Source: a virus (Duplodnaviria; Caudoviricetes). Taken from it: a stretch of DNA of 42,344 nucleotides. The notes under the pieces are model-generated. The model saw only the letters and a list, made by a program, of their open reading frames with translations. It made no database searches and was not told the DNA's origin. The DNA is taken from IMG/VR virus record IMGVR_UViG_3300033417_000023, positions 1-42,344 of that record. One strand, written 5' to 3'. Positions within the stretch are counted from its first letter, which is position 1. Every line of letters starts with the position of its first letter. Position numbers and translations under genes: made by a program. This document shows positions 26,538-34,206 of the stretch, one piece after another.

Positions 26538-28723
26538 AGCACGGCTCGCACCGGGCGCCACAGCGACGAGGTTACATCATACCAAGCCAGGGTAGTGTCG
26601 CCGGGCTCGATGGTCATGTCTTCGCTAGCTCCACCGATCTGGTTGGCGGCACTAGATGAGCCGTTACCGGTGCTGATGATCAGGTCGTTTGTGCCGGCGT
26701 TTACCAGTAGCACGAATTGACCACTGCTCGTGGCCACCATTCCCGTGAGCGTCTTGGATGCGCCCGTGAACCTCACGACGTTGACATTGCCGATGGCTAG
26801 ATTGTTGATTGTTCCCGTGGCGCTCGTGGTGAAGACGCCTCGCAGGCGGAAGTCGCTCTCAAAAGCGTTTGCACCAGTAAACACCTGCGTCGCTGACAGC
26901 CGCGCGAAGTCCGAGCCATCGGCGAGCTTGCTCGTGGCGATGGCGGCGCTCGCGTTGATGTCGTTGTTGACGATGACGCCCGCGGATATCGCGGCGCTGT
27001 TGCTGTTCTGCGAGATGGTGATGTCGCCCGAGATGGCCGCGCGCTGAAACGTGCCACCGCTCACCACGACGCTCGTCGAGTCGAGGTCGTTCGGGTCGAC
27101 GCTGAACGTGGTTCCGGCGAGGTTCAGCCCGGAGCCAGCGCTGTACGTCGTGTCGGTGTCCGTCGCGCTGATGGTGACGTCCACCTCCTCGTTGCCCGCG
27201 TCGTCGTTGACGGTGAGCGACACGTTGGCACCTTCTATGAACGAGATGCGTCGCCGCAGGAACGTCGTGCCCGTGGACTCTCGCACCCCGACGCGCGCGT
27301 TACTGTCTAGGCTCGACTGCACGAACAGCGCCGAGCCGCCGCCTCCACCGAGCCCGCCGCCGGCGGCGCTCGTGGCAATGCGGAGGTTGTTGGCCCCATC
27401 GTCCTCGATGCCAGCCCCTGCGAAGTCGCTCACGTCGACCGCTACGCTGTCCGCGGCCACGTCGATGCCATCGCCTGCGCCCACGTTGAGGACAGCATTC
27501 GCCCCGCCGGTGAGTCCCGCGCCCGCCAGCGTGCTGAGTGCCACGCCGACCGGGGCAGCCACGCCGCCGCTGATGTTGGCCAGGAACTGATCATCCGCCA
27601 TGGTGTCGAGCTGGACGTCGTTCGCGTTGACCGTGATGCCGGCGCCAGCGCCCACCGCAAGCGCGCTCCCACCACCACCCGTGAGCCCAGCCCCAGCGGC
27701 GGACGCTGCGATGCGTAGGTCATTCGCGCCGCCGTCTTCGAGCCCCGTGCCCGCGAAGTCGCTCACGTCCACGGCGAACTCGTTGCCTACCAGGTCGAGC
27801 CCATCGCCAGCCGTGTAGGTGACGCTCGTCAGGTCGACGCTCGGGGTGATGGTCGCGACCCCTGCGGCCACGGTCGCCGCAATGTTGACGTTGGTGCCCG
27901 CCACGAAGTTGAGCGCGAAGGCGTCGCCCTGGTCGGCGCCGGAGTCTCGCACCTCTACGGGGTTGCCCCACTCGAGCGCGGTGCCCGCGTCGTTGTTGCG
28001 GAGCACCTGGCGCGCTGCTGTGGCGGTGATGGCCGCCATGACCCCGGAGCTGTTGGCGGCCCTCCCAAGCACCGAGAGCCCCGTGAGGTCGGCGAGCTTG
28101 GCCAGGGCCACGCTGGCCACGTTGAGCACCCAGCTGATGGCCGTGGGGCTCGTGGTGACCGCGTCGATCTCGGTGGTGTCCGTCGTGGTGAGCGGCACGA
28201 CCGTGCCCGCCGTGGCCTCGTTGCGTCCGAGCAGCACCGGGCCCGTAACGCCCGTGCCGATCGGCGAGCTGTCCCCCGGCGGCTGCTGGAATCCCGAGAT
28301 GTCGTCGGGAAAGAACGTGTAGACGCCCGCCACGCCGATCTCGGTCTGCGTGCCGTCCGTCTCGCCCGTCGCGGGGGGCAGCGCCACCACCAGCGGGTCG
28401 CTCACAGCGGTGAGGATGAAGACGACCGGCTCAGTAGAGCCTCCAGGGACAGACGGAAGGAGAGTGACCGTCTGTCCCGAGGCCACCCCTTTTACCACGC
28501 TCCCCGGGCCCACCGTGAAGTCTTCCCCGTGCAAGGGGATGATGGCCGGGGTCGCGAATCGGGTCTGCTCCTCGAGGTAGATGCCGGAGAGCACCTCGAG
28601 CAGCTGGCGCCGCATCTCGAGCGGGTCTTCGCTGAGGTAGCTCGGCACCTGCCAGGCCAGCTGAGCCGGCGTTTTGCGGGGCAGGTTGAGTGGCGGCCGC
28701 GGGTGATCGCAGTCAATCGCCAT
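26534..28723 (-). CDS. tail fibre protein
   Basis: 729 aa, Gly/Ala/Thr-rich with AGxGL shaft repeats (YTAGDGLDL, YSAGSGLNL), an internal duplication DVSDFAG.G.ED.GAN.LRIA.SAAG, and a C-terminal beta tip domain; follows the adaptor gene. Confidence 0.75.
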   Translation of the reverse strand: MAIDCDHPRPPLNLPRKTPAQLAWQVPSYLSEDPLEMRRQLLEVLSGIYLEEQTRFATPAIIPLHGEDFTVGPGSVVKGVASGQTVTLLPSVPGGSTEPVVFILTAVSDPLVVALPPATGETDGTQTEIGVAGVYTFFPDDISGFQQPPGDSSPIGTGVTGPVLLGRNEATAGTVVPLTTTDTTEIDAVTTSPTAISWVLNVASVALAKLADLTGLSVLGRAANSSGVMAAITATAARQVLRNNDAGTALEWGNPVEVRDSGADQGDAFALNFVAGTNVNIAATVAAGVATITPSVDLTSVTYTAGDGLDLVGNEFAVDVSDFAGTGLEDGGANDLRIAASAAGAGLTGGGGSALAVGAGAGITVNANDVQLDTMADDQFLANISGGVAAPVGVALSTLAGAGLTGGANAVLNVGAGDGIDVAADSVAVDVSDFAGAGIEDDGANNLRIATSAAGGGLGGGGGSALFVQSSLDSNARVGVRESTGTTFLRRRISFIEGANVSLTVNDDAGNEEVDVTISATDTDTTYSAGSGLNLAGTTFSVDPNDLDSTSVVVSGGTFQRAAISGDITISQNSNSAAISAGVIVNNDINASAAIATSKLADGSDFARLSATQVFTGANAFESDFRLRGVFTTSATGTINNLAIGNVNVVRFTGASKTLTGMVATSSGQFVLLVNAGTNDLIISTGNGSSSAANQIGGASEDMTIEPGDTTLAWYDVTSSLWRPVRAVL

Positions 28724-28726
28724 GGG

Positions 28727-29470
28727 CTACCCCCGGTGGACGCGGCGCGACGTGGTTCCCGCCCTCGTGGGCAGGATGGGTCCCCGGCTCACACGGTTGA
28801 TGTTGACCCCCATGCGCGCTCCGACCATGGCCCGCTCGCGAACGGCCTTGGCGTCCTGGCTCGGGTCGGCCTCGTCGTCCTTGAAGTGCACCTTGATCGC
28901 CGCATCCCAGATGGCCCACTCGAGCCAGTCACCGTCGAATCCAGCGACAAGCTGGCTGTTCTTTGTGAGCTCGGGGTGCGGGGCGAGGTAGATGAGCCGG
29001 TAATCCAGGCCGAGCGTGCTCGCCGGGTAGATCTGGATGATGCCGTCGTCGAGGGCAGCCGCCGCGGTGAGCGCGGTGCGGGGCAGGCGCTGCACGAGGT
29101 ACGCCGCCGGGCGCTGGCCCTGCCTGCATTCGTACTGGCGGCGCTCTTCGGGCTGGATCTTGTCGAGCGAGTACCACCGCGTGGTGTTGTGCACGTCGAC
29201 CCCGAAGATCTGGCAACCGGGCACGGGGAAGTCCACCTCGAGGTAGCTCTCGTCTCCGCCGTCAGCCGCCACGATGGGCAGCGCGGTCGCGGCACCCCAG
29301 GTCAGGTGCTCGGTGTAGCCGGCTCGCACGAGCTCGTTGAGGCACGCGCGAAGCGACTGCGTGAGGTACACGCGTAGTCGCTCGTCGGGGTGCCGCACGT
29401 CCATCAGCTCGATGTCGGCGCGGTCTCGTAGGTCCCCAATCAGGTCGCCCACTGAGCGGGTGACGCTCAC
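28727..29470 (-). CDS. head-tail adaptor / tail tubular protein A-like
   Basis: 247 aa; helical start L..DLRDRAD...L..YL, IQIYP...Y...P.L, closing helix W..WAIWDAAIK; lies between the capsid and fibre genes. Confidence 0.7.
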   Translation of the reverse strand: MSVTRSVGDLIGDLRDRADIELMDVRHPDERLRVYLTQSLRACLNELVRAGYTEHLTWGAATALPIVAADGGDESYLEVDFPVPGCQIFGVDVHNTTRWYSLDKIQPEERRQYECRQGQRPAAYLVQRLPRTALTAAAALDDGIIQIYPASTLGLDYRLIYLAPHPELTKNSQLVAGFDGDWLEWAIWDAAIKVHFKDDEADPSQDAKAVRERAMVGARMGVNINRVSRGPILPTRAGTTSRRVHRG

Positions 29471-29473
29471 GGT

Positions 29474-29686
29474 TCAGCCCCCGTCAGGCTGCTCGGCGGG
29501 CGCGGTCTTGCACTGCCTTACCGCACTGACGAGCTGCACCGCGTCACTGAGCGTGACGAGGTTCGGGTCTTCGGGCAGCGCGTCGAGCGCGCTCAGGCGG
29601 CAGCGTAGCCCCTGCTGAGCAGCGGGGGTGCACGCCACCAGGGCGAACAGCACGAGGGCCTTACAGGTCTTCTGGAACGAGCGCAT
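29474..29686 (-). CDS. small lipoprotein (70 aa)
   Basis: AGGA RBS; MRSFQKTCKALVLFALVA|C lipobox; two further Cys residues. Confidence 0.65.
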   Translation of the reverse strand: MRSFQKTCKALVLFALVACTPAAQQGLRCRLSALDALPEDPNLVTLSDAVQLVSAVRQCKTAPAEQPDGG

Positions 29687-29954
29687 CGACTGGTCCTGCT
29701 CCTGCCTGCTCCTCGAGGATGGTCTCGATGGCGCTACGCAGCGCCGCCGATCGCTCCTCGGGAGTGGCCTCTGGGTTGAATGCCGTATCTGCGTAGGACT
29801 CGAAGGCTCCGCCCATGGGCATGTCCTCATCGAGCCCCATGTCGTCGCCCATGCCCATGCCAAGGTCGTCGAACTCCTCGTCGAGGAACTCGTCGTCTTC
29901 GGCCGGGGCCTCCTCCGCGGAGAGGAGGCCCATCATTCCCTTGCGTGCTGCCAT
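29661..29954 (-). CDS. small acidic protein
   Basis: 97 aa, D/E/M-rich, within the capsid operon. Confidence 0.65.
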   Translation of the reverse strand: MAARKGMMGLLSAEEAPAEDDEFLDEEFDDLGMGMGDDMGLDEDMPMGGAFESYADTAFNPEATPEERSAALRSAIETILEEQAGAGPVDALVPEDL

Positions 29955-29964
29955 GGGGGTCAGC

Positions 29965-30381
29965 TTAGAGGGTGCTGGTCTCCACGTCGAGCGTCAGGTG
30001 CACCACCGTGCCGTCGACCGGCGCCAGCTCGCCACCTGGCGTGGTGCCGATGCGCCGCACTTGGAATGTGAGAGTACCCGCGCCTGGGTTGAGCGAACCC
30101 GCTTGTACTGTCGCGATGCACGGGTCGACCGTGCCATCGGCCAGCAGCAGGTTGCATCCCACCACGTGGTACTGGCTGCCCCGCGGTAGCCCCGCGACGT
30201 CGTAGTCCCCCGACGCACCGGTGATGGTGACGCCAGGGTGACTGGTCCGCGCGGTCGTGGCGACCGTGACGGTTGCTCCCGAGGCGCTGAACGTGCCGAC
30301 CACGTAGCAGCGCAACGGGTTGAGGTAGAGGGTCCCTACGGGCTCATCCCGATAGAACCCCTGTCCAGTGACGTCAGTCAT
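29965..30381 (-). CDS. putative capsid decoration protein
   Basis: 138 aa, beta-rich, directly after the capsid gene. Confidence 0.55.
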   Translation of the reverse strand: MTDVTGQGFYRDEPVGTLYLNPLRCYVVGTFSASGATVTVATTARTSHPGVTITGASGDYDVAGLPRGSQYHVVGCNLLLADGTVDPCIATVQAGSLNPGAGTLTFQVRRIGTTPGGELAPVDGTVVHLTLDVETSTL

Positions 30382-30388
30382 GCTCAGC

Positions 30389-31726
30389 TCAATCCAGGGG
30401 GCATTGGGCCGTCATGGCCGGGTTGCGGGTGCGGATCGAGGGGTACGCGCTGTACTGGAGCACGTAGGTGTCGTTGTCCTTGTCGCGGATCCACTTGAGC
30501 CCGTCGATGTCGGACACGACCTGCGGGAACCCGTGCGAGGAGTGGATGTTCCAATCCTCGGGATTCGTCATGCGGCAGATCGTCGGGTCGTACATCGGGC
30601 ACTCTTCCAAGACGATCTTGGCTCCGATGCAGATGATCTCCACCCAGTCGTAGCCGGTCTCGGCCTTGCCTGCGTTGCCCATGCGGTAGCCCGCCTGACG
30701 CACGTCCTCGCGCTGCAAGAGCGTGGTGGCCGCGTGGAACTGCGTGGTGTGCACGTAGGCGTGGACCGCTCGACCCTGCTTCCAGCCGGCGCGAGACCGA
30801 CCGAGCACGGCCAGCTTGGCCAGGCGCTGCAGGATGTTGAGGTTCGCCACCTCCGGGTCCGACAGGAAGAGCCCGCCGAGCAGGTCTTCGGTCGTCCGGA
30901 TCATCGTCTTGAACGGGGTTGCCGTGACGCCTGCCGCCGGGTTCCACGACTCGATGGTGTCGAACACAAAGCCCGAGGTGTCGCCGTCCACGCCCGCGTC
31001 AATGCCCGCGCCGCCGTTTGCCGGGGCGTAGGTCTCGTACATGAAGATGTGGAGGGTCGTGGCCTCAGTCCAGCCCGCGGGGGTCGCGATGGCGCCGCCG
31101 CTCGTGGGAGAGACGCTGATGGTCGGGGCCGCTCCGAGCCGCTGCACGCGCTGGACGTAGCCAATCGAGCCACCTCCGACGAGTGAGCCGCTGGTGCCAG
31201 CCGTTAGGCTCGCGACGAGCAGCATGTCCTGACGGAGCCGGGTGACGTGCTCGACGTGGCTCGTGATGGTGATGACGCCCGCAACGATGGTGCCCGTGCA
31301 CACCCGCATCGAGACGTTGTCGCCCATGGCCATCCACTCGACCATTTGCCCGAACTGGGCGAGATGGCCGTCGACCGTGGCCGCGATGGCTCGGAGGGCC
31401 GCCGCGTCGCCCGCGTCGCCTCGAGCTACGTCGCGCTCTCGGACCTCGCACTCACCCTTGAGGGCGCCTGCGCTGTTCTTGATCTGCTGAAAGGAGCCGT
31501 TGCCCCTGCGCCCTCCCTGACCTGCGATGGCTCGTGCGCCTTGCCGGGTGCCTGCCCAGCCGACGCCGCCAGAGATCTGGATGAAGCTCGTGAAGGATTC
31601 CCCATCAGGTCCCACCGTGCGGGGCACCTTGTGCAAGAAACCGGTGTCCACCAGCGCCAGGTTCTCCACCTTGGTGCGGTTGTCATACTTCCTCTTGAGC
31701 ATCTGCTCGGGATACGTGTTGGCCAA
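30389..31726 (-). CDS. major capsid protein
   Basis: 445 aa, first gene of the structural run; start LKRKY and end Y...RNP are typical of podovirus capsids; GGAGG RBS and TTG start. Confidence 0.75.
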   Translation of the reverse strand: MANTYPEQMLKRKYDNRTKVENLALVDTGFLHKVPRTVGPDGESFTSFIQISGGVGWAGTRQGARAIAGQGGRRGNGSFQQIKNSAGALKGECEVRERDVARGDAGDAAALRAIAATVDGHLAQFGQMVEWMAMGDNVSMRVCTGTIVAGVITITSHVEHVTRLRQDMLLVASLTAGTSGSLVGGGSIGYVQRVQRLGAAPTISVSPTSGGAIATPAGWTEATTLHIFMYETYAPANGGAGIDAGVDGDTSGFVFDTIESWNPAAGVTATPFKTMIRTTEDLLGGLFLSDPEVANLNILQRLAKLAVLGRSRAGWKQGRAVHAYVHTTQFHAATTLLQREDVRQAGYRMGNAGKAETGYDWVEIICIGAKIVLEECPMYDPTICRMTNPEDWNIHSSHGFPQVVSDIDGLKWIRDKDNDTYVLQYSAYPSIRTRNPAMTAQCPLD

Positions 31727-31880
31727 TGGCCCTCCGGAAAAGGTGACGGCAAGCCTTGTGTGGGCTCGCGGATCTGCTCTCTTCTCCGGGGATGGGGCTC
31801 CGGGCGCCGCCTCCGACTATCGCTATCGGGCCGGCGTGTGTTTACGCCCTACACGCTAGGGCTCCCACGGTGCGCCGTGG
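31727..31880 (-). promoter_or_regulatory. capsid operon promoter and structured 5' leader
   Basis: Palindrome CCACGG-N4-CCGTGG 31865-31880, -10-like TAGCGT 31853-31858, then four stems, the last overlapping the RBS. Confidence 0.45.
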
Positions 31881-31888
31881 TGCGTGGG

Positions 31889-32185
31889 TCAATGATGACC
31901 GGGGGGCGGTCCGGTGTCAAACAGTGTCAGGATCTCCTGGATGGTCTCGACCCTCGAGGGCGGGTCGCCGCGCCAGCCGTCGCGCCACTTGCGCTGCCCC
32001 GGGCGGAGCTTGCCGCCGGGCGCCTTGACCTCGATGAGCACGTTGCGCCCTCGCCACCCGAGCAGCGCGTCCGGCTTGCCTTCGGCCTCGCCCCCGTCCT
32101 TGACCAGGTTCGTCCAGCTGATGCCGAGCTTGGCGCACTGGGCGCGAAGCTCGGCGTGGTTGCGGTCCTTGCGCTGGAATCTCAT
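31889..32185 (-). CDS. VRR-NUC / PD-(D/E)xK nuclease
   Basis: GKPDALLG...LIEVKAPGGKL...Q..W. Confidence 0.85.
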   Translation of the reverse strand: MRFQRKDRNHAELRAQCAKLGISWTNLVKDGGEAEGKPDALLGWRGRNVLIEVKAPGGKLRPGQRKWRDGWRGDPPSRVETIQEILTLFDTGPPPGHH

Positions 32186-32760
32186 GGCACCAAGAACCCC
32201 GCCTTTCTCGCCCTACCCTTGGCCTCCGCGGGGAGCTCGGCCAGGATGCGCCGGACCTCCGCCTTGTGCTCGCCCTCGATGCCCTCGATTCGCTGGGTGA
32301 CGACCTCCGCCACAGACTGGCCACCAACGCGCCCCTCCTTGTCTTCCTGCCAGAGGAACTGGAAGCGCTTCTGCAGCAGCCACTTGGCGTCTTCCGCGCT
32401 GGGGCGCAGCATGTCCTCTTCGGGCGGTCGGGTGCGACCGAGCGCCTTGTCCATGATGACGTCCACGAGCATCTTGGACAGCTCCGCCTCGACGCTCACC
32501 ACCTCGTCGGCGAACTCCCGGTAGGCGGACGGCGCGTCCGGGTCGAGCCCCTTGAGCACCCACTTAAGCATGGTGTTGGGCGCGATGCCGTTCCGCAGGG
32601 CCACCATGGCAGGCCAGTCGCCGCCCCTCAGCCCCACGATGATGGCCGCGTGCCGCGCCGGGGTGATGGGGCAAGGCGGGTGCGAGCTCGGCCCCTCGAG
32701 CGCGTGTGGCTCGGTCTTCGGGTCCCGCTCGCGCGAGCGTCGGCGACGCTTAGCGGCCAC
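32182..32760 (-). CDS. terS: putative terminase small subunit
   Basis: HTH (AIIVGLRGG...NGIAPNTMLKW..KG), YREF.DEV..VEAE helix and AKWLLQKRF motif, an arrangement typical of HTH-type TerS. Confidence 0.65.
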   Translation of the reverse strand: MAAKRRRRSRERDPKTEPHALEGPSSHPPCPITPARHAAIIVGLRGGDWPAMVALRNGIAPNTMLKWVLKGLDPDAPSAYREFADEVVSVEAELSKMLVDVIMDKALGRTRPPEEDMLRPSAEDAKWLLQKRFQFLWQEDKEGRVGGQSVAEVVTQRIEGIEGEHKAEVRRILAELPAEAKGRARKAGFLVP

Positions 32761-32893
32761 CTGGGAACCCCGCCAGCAGCCCCAGCATTATGGCCAGCGC
32801 CCCGAGCAGCTGGCGCGGGGTCCCCCCAAGGCGGGCGTCCTTGAGCTCGAGCGGGGGTGGGTCAGGCCTTACCCAGGCTGCGGGGTCGGTCAT
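32750..32893 (-). CDS. 47-aa membrane peptide
   Basis: Hand translation MTDPAAWVRP...QLLGALAIMLGLLAGFPGGR; preceded by CGTGG-TAATAC-6 nt-ATG. Confidence 0.45.
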   Translation of the reverse strand: MTDPAAWVRPDPPPLELKDARLGGTPRQLLGALAIMLGLLAGFPGGR

Positions 32894-32914
32894 GCTAGAG
32901 TATTACCACGCCCT

Positions 32915-33121
32915 ATGGCCAAACGACCATCCCGCCATCCTGACTTCGAACTCGGCCGCCTGCTCGGCAAGCGCCTCAAGTTCATGACAGCCGCAACCCT
33001 CTGCGTCCGGCTCGACCGCAAAGCCGTGGATGCCTTGCGAACCATCATGGACTCCGAGCAGTGCAAGGCCAGTGACGCGGTGCGGCGCGCGCTACGGGCA
33101 ATGGCCGCGAAGGCGCGGTGA
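32915..33121 (+). CDS. ribbon-helix-helix (CopG/Arc-like) regulator
   Basis: TLCVRLDRKAVDALRTIMDSEQCKASDAVRRAL fits the RHH strand-helix-helix pattern. Confidence 0.7.
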   Translation: MAKRPSRHPDFELGRLLGKRLKFMTAATLCVRLDRKAVDALRTIMDSEQCKASDAVRRALRAMAAKAR

Positions 33122-33224
33122 CCGCTGATGTCAGGATCTTGTCAGTTGTCAGGCTTGACACCCGGGCGCCAGACTGAACACCAGTCCCCTTCCCCGACGA
33201 CGACACGTGGTGGCGGCGGGAGTG

Positions 33225-33653
33225 TCACTTCCCCTCCGGGTCCACGACGGTGGACATGTCCACGTGCTCTCTGTCTGGCGAGGCCACATCGGGTGCGCCG
33301 TCCCGCAGTGCATAATGCCAGATGAGCATGTACTGCGCATTTGGCAGGACCCTCTTAGCGGCCCTGACGAACTTCCTCGCATCACTCGCGTCGCCGACAC
33401 TAGCAAGCTGGATGTTGGTTGCTTTTCTCACCCTGCGCCTCTTTGCCTGCTCGGCCATTACCTCCCGAATGGCCTGCGTCGATCCATCGATAGCTGAACA
33501 AGTCGTAGCCCACCACTGGCGTTCCGCTGGAACACCCGACCTGGCGCGCACTGCGACCGCTTTGGCGCGAGCGTTTTTTAGCTCTCTCAGCTGCTTTTCC
33601 AGCCGGAGCTTGTGCTCCGCCAGAGCGTCGTCATCCATGTGCCCGAAGTTCAT
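33225..33653 (-). CDS. hypothetical protein
   Basis: ATG 33653 overlaps the upstream stop; basic coiled coil. Confidence 0.65.
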   Translation of the reverse strand: MNFGHMDDDALAEHKLRLEKQLRELKNARAKAVAVRARSGVPAERQWWATTCSAIDGSTQAIREVMAEQAKRRRVRKATNIQLASVGDASDARKFVRAAKRVLPNAQYMLIWHYALRDGAPDVASPDREHVDMSTVVDPEGK

Positions 33654-33790
33654 CCACTTCCCTCTTTCTGTTGTCTCTCTAAAGCCCACTGAGCCCGGCA
33701 CTCCTGCGCCCACTTGGCATAGGCCCGCGTCCCTACCGCGTTGCGGAACGCGAGCTCCTTTTCGGTCAGCGCCGAGCCGTCGATGCTCAT
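33650..33790 (-). CDS. hypothetical protein (46 aa)
   Basis: ATGA overlaps at both ends. Confidence 0.5.
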   Translation of the reverse strand: MSIDGSALTEKELAFRNAVGTRAYAKWAQECRAQWALERQQKEGSG

Positions 33791-34206
33791 GATGGGTCCA
33801 GCCACAGCTCGAGCGGGCCAAGGCTCACCCGGTAATGGTGATGGGCATCGCTCCCGCACAGCTTGCAACACGGGCACTCGATTCGCTCGCCCTCCCGCCG
33901 GGCCAGTTCGGCCTTGACGATGGCGTACTGGTCGTCGCACAGTGCCATCGCCGCGCACGCATCCAGCACGGCCTTGGCAGACTCCGCGCGTGTCTCGACC
34001 ACGATGCGCCGATAGTGGTCCCGCTCCGCAGTCAGGCCTTCGAGGAGGGCCGCCTGCTCTGCCTTCTCCCGCGCGTCGACGAGGTGCAGGCCTTGCTCGG
34101 CGAGCAGCGCGCGGAGCATGGGCAGAGACACGCGCTGCAGTCTGGCTCTTTCGCCGGTGCTAACCCAGAACACCCACCCGTCCACCGGCTCGCGTTCACT
34201 TGCCAC
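33787..34206 (-). CDS. hypothetical protein with C-terminal Cys/His cluster
   Basis: 139 aa, CPCCKLC...HHH; overlaps its neighbours in the operon. Confidence 0.6.
   Translation of the reverse strand: MASEREPVDGWVFWVSTGERARLQRVSLPMLRALLAEQGLHLVDAREKAEQAALLEGLTAERDHYRRIVVETRAESAKAVLDACAAMALCDDQYAIVKAELARREGERIECPCCKLCGSDAHHHYRVSLGPLELWLDPS

Noticed and set aside
33142-33228. 28-aa ORF on the - strand coupled to 33225..33653
   Set aside because: A GTGA overlap exists, but the ORF is too short and featureless to support.
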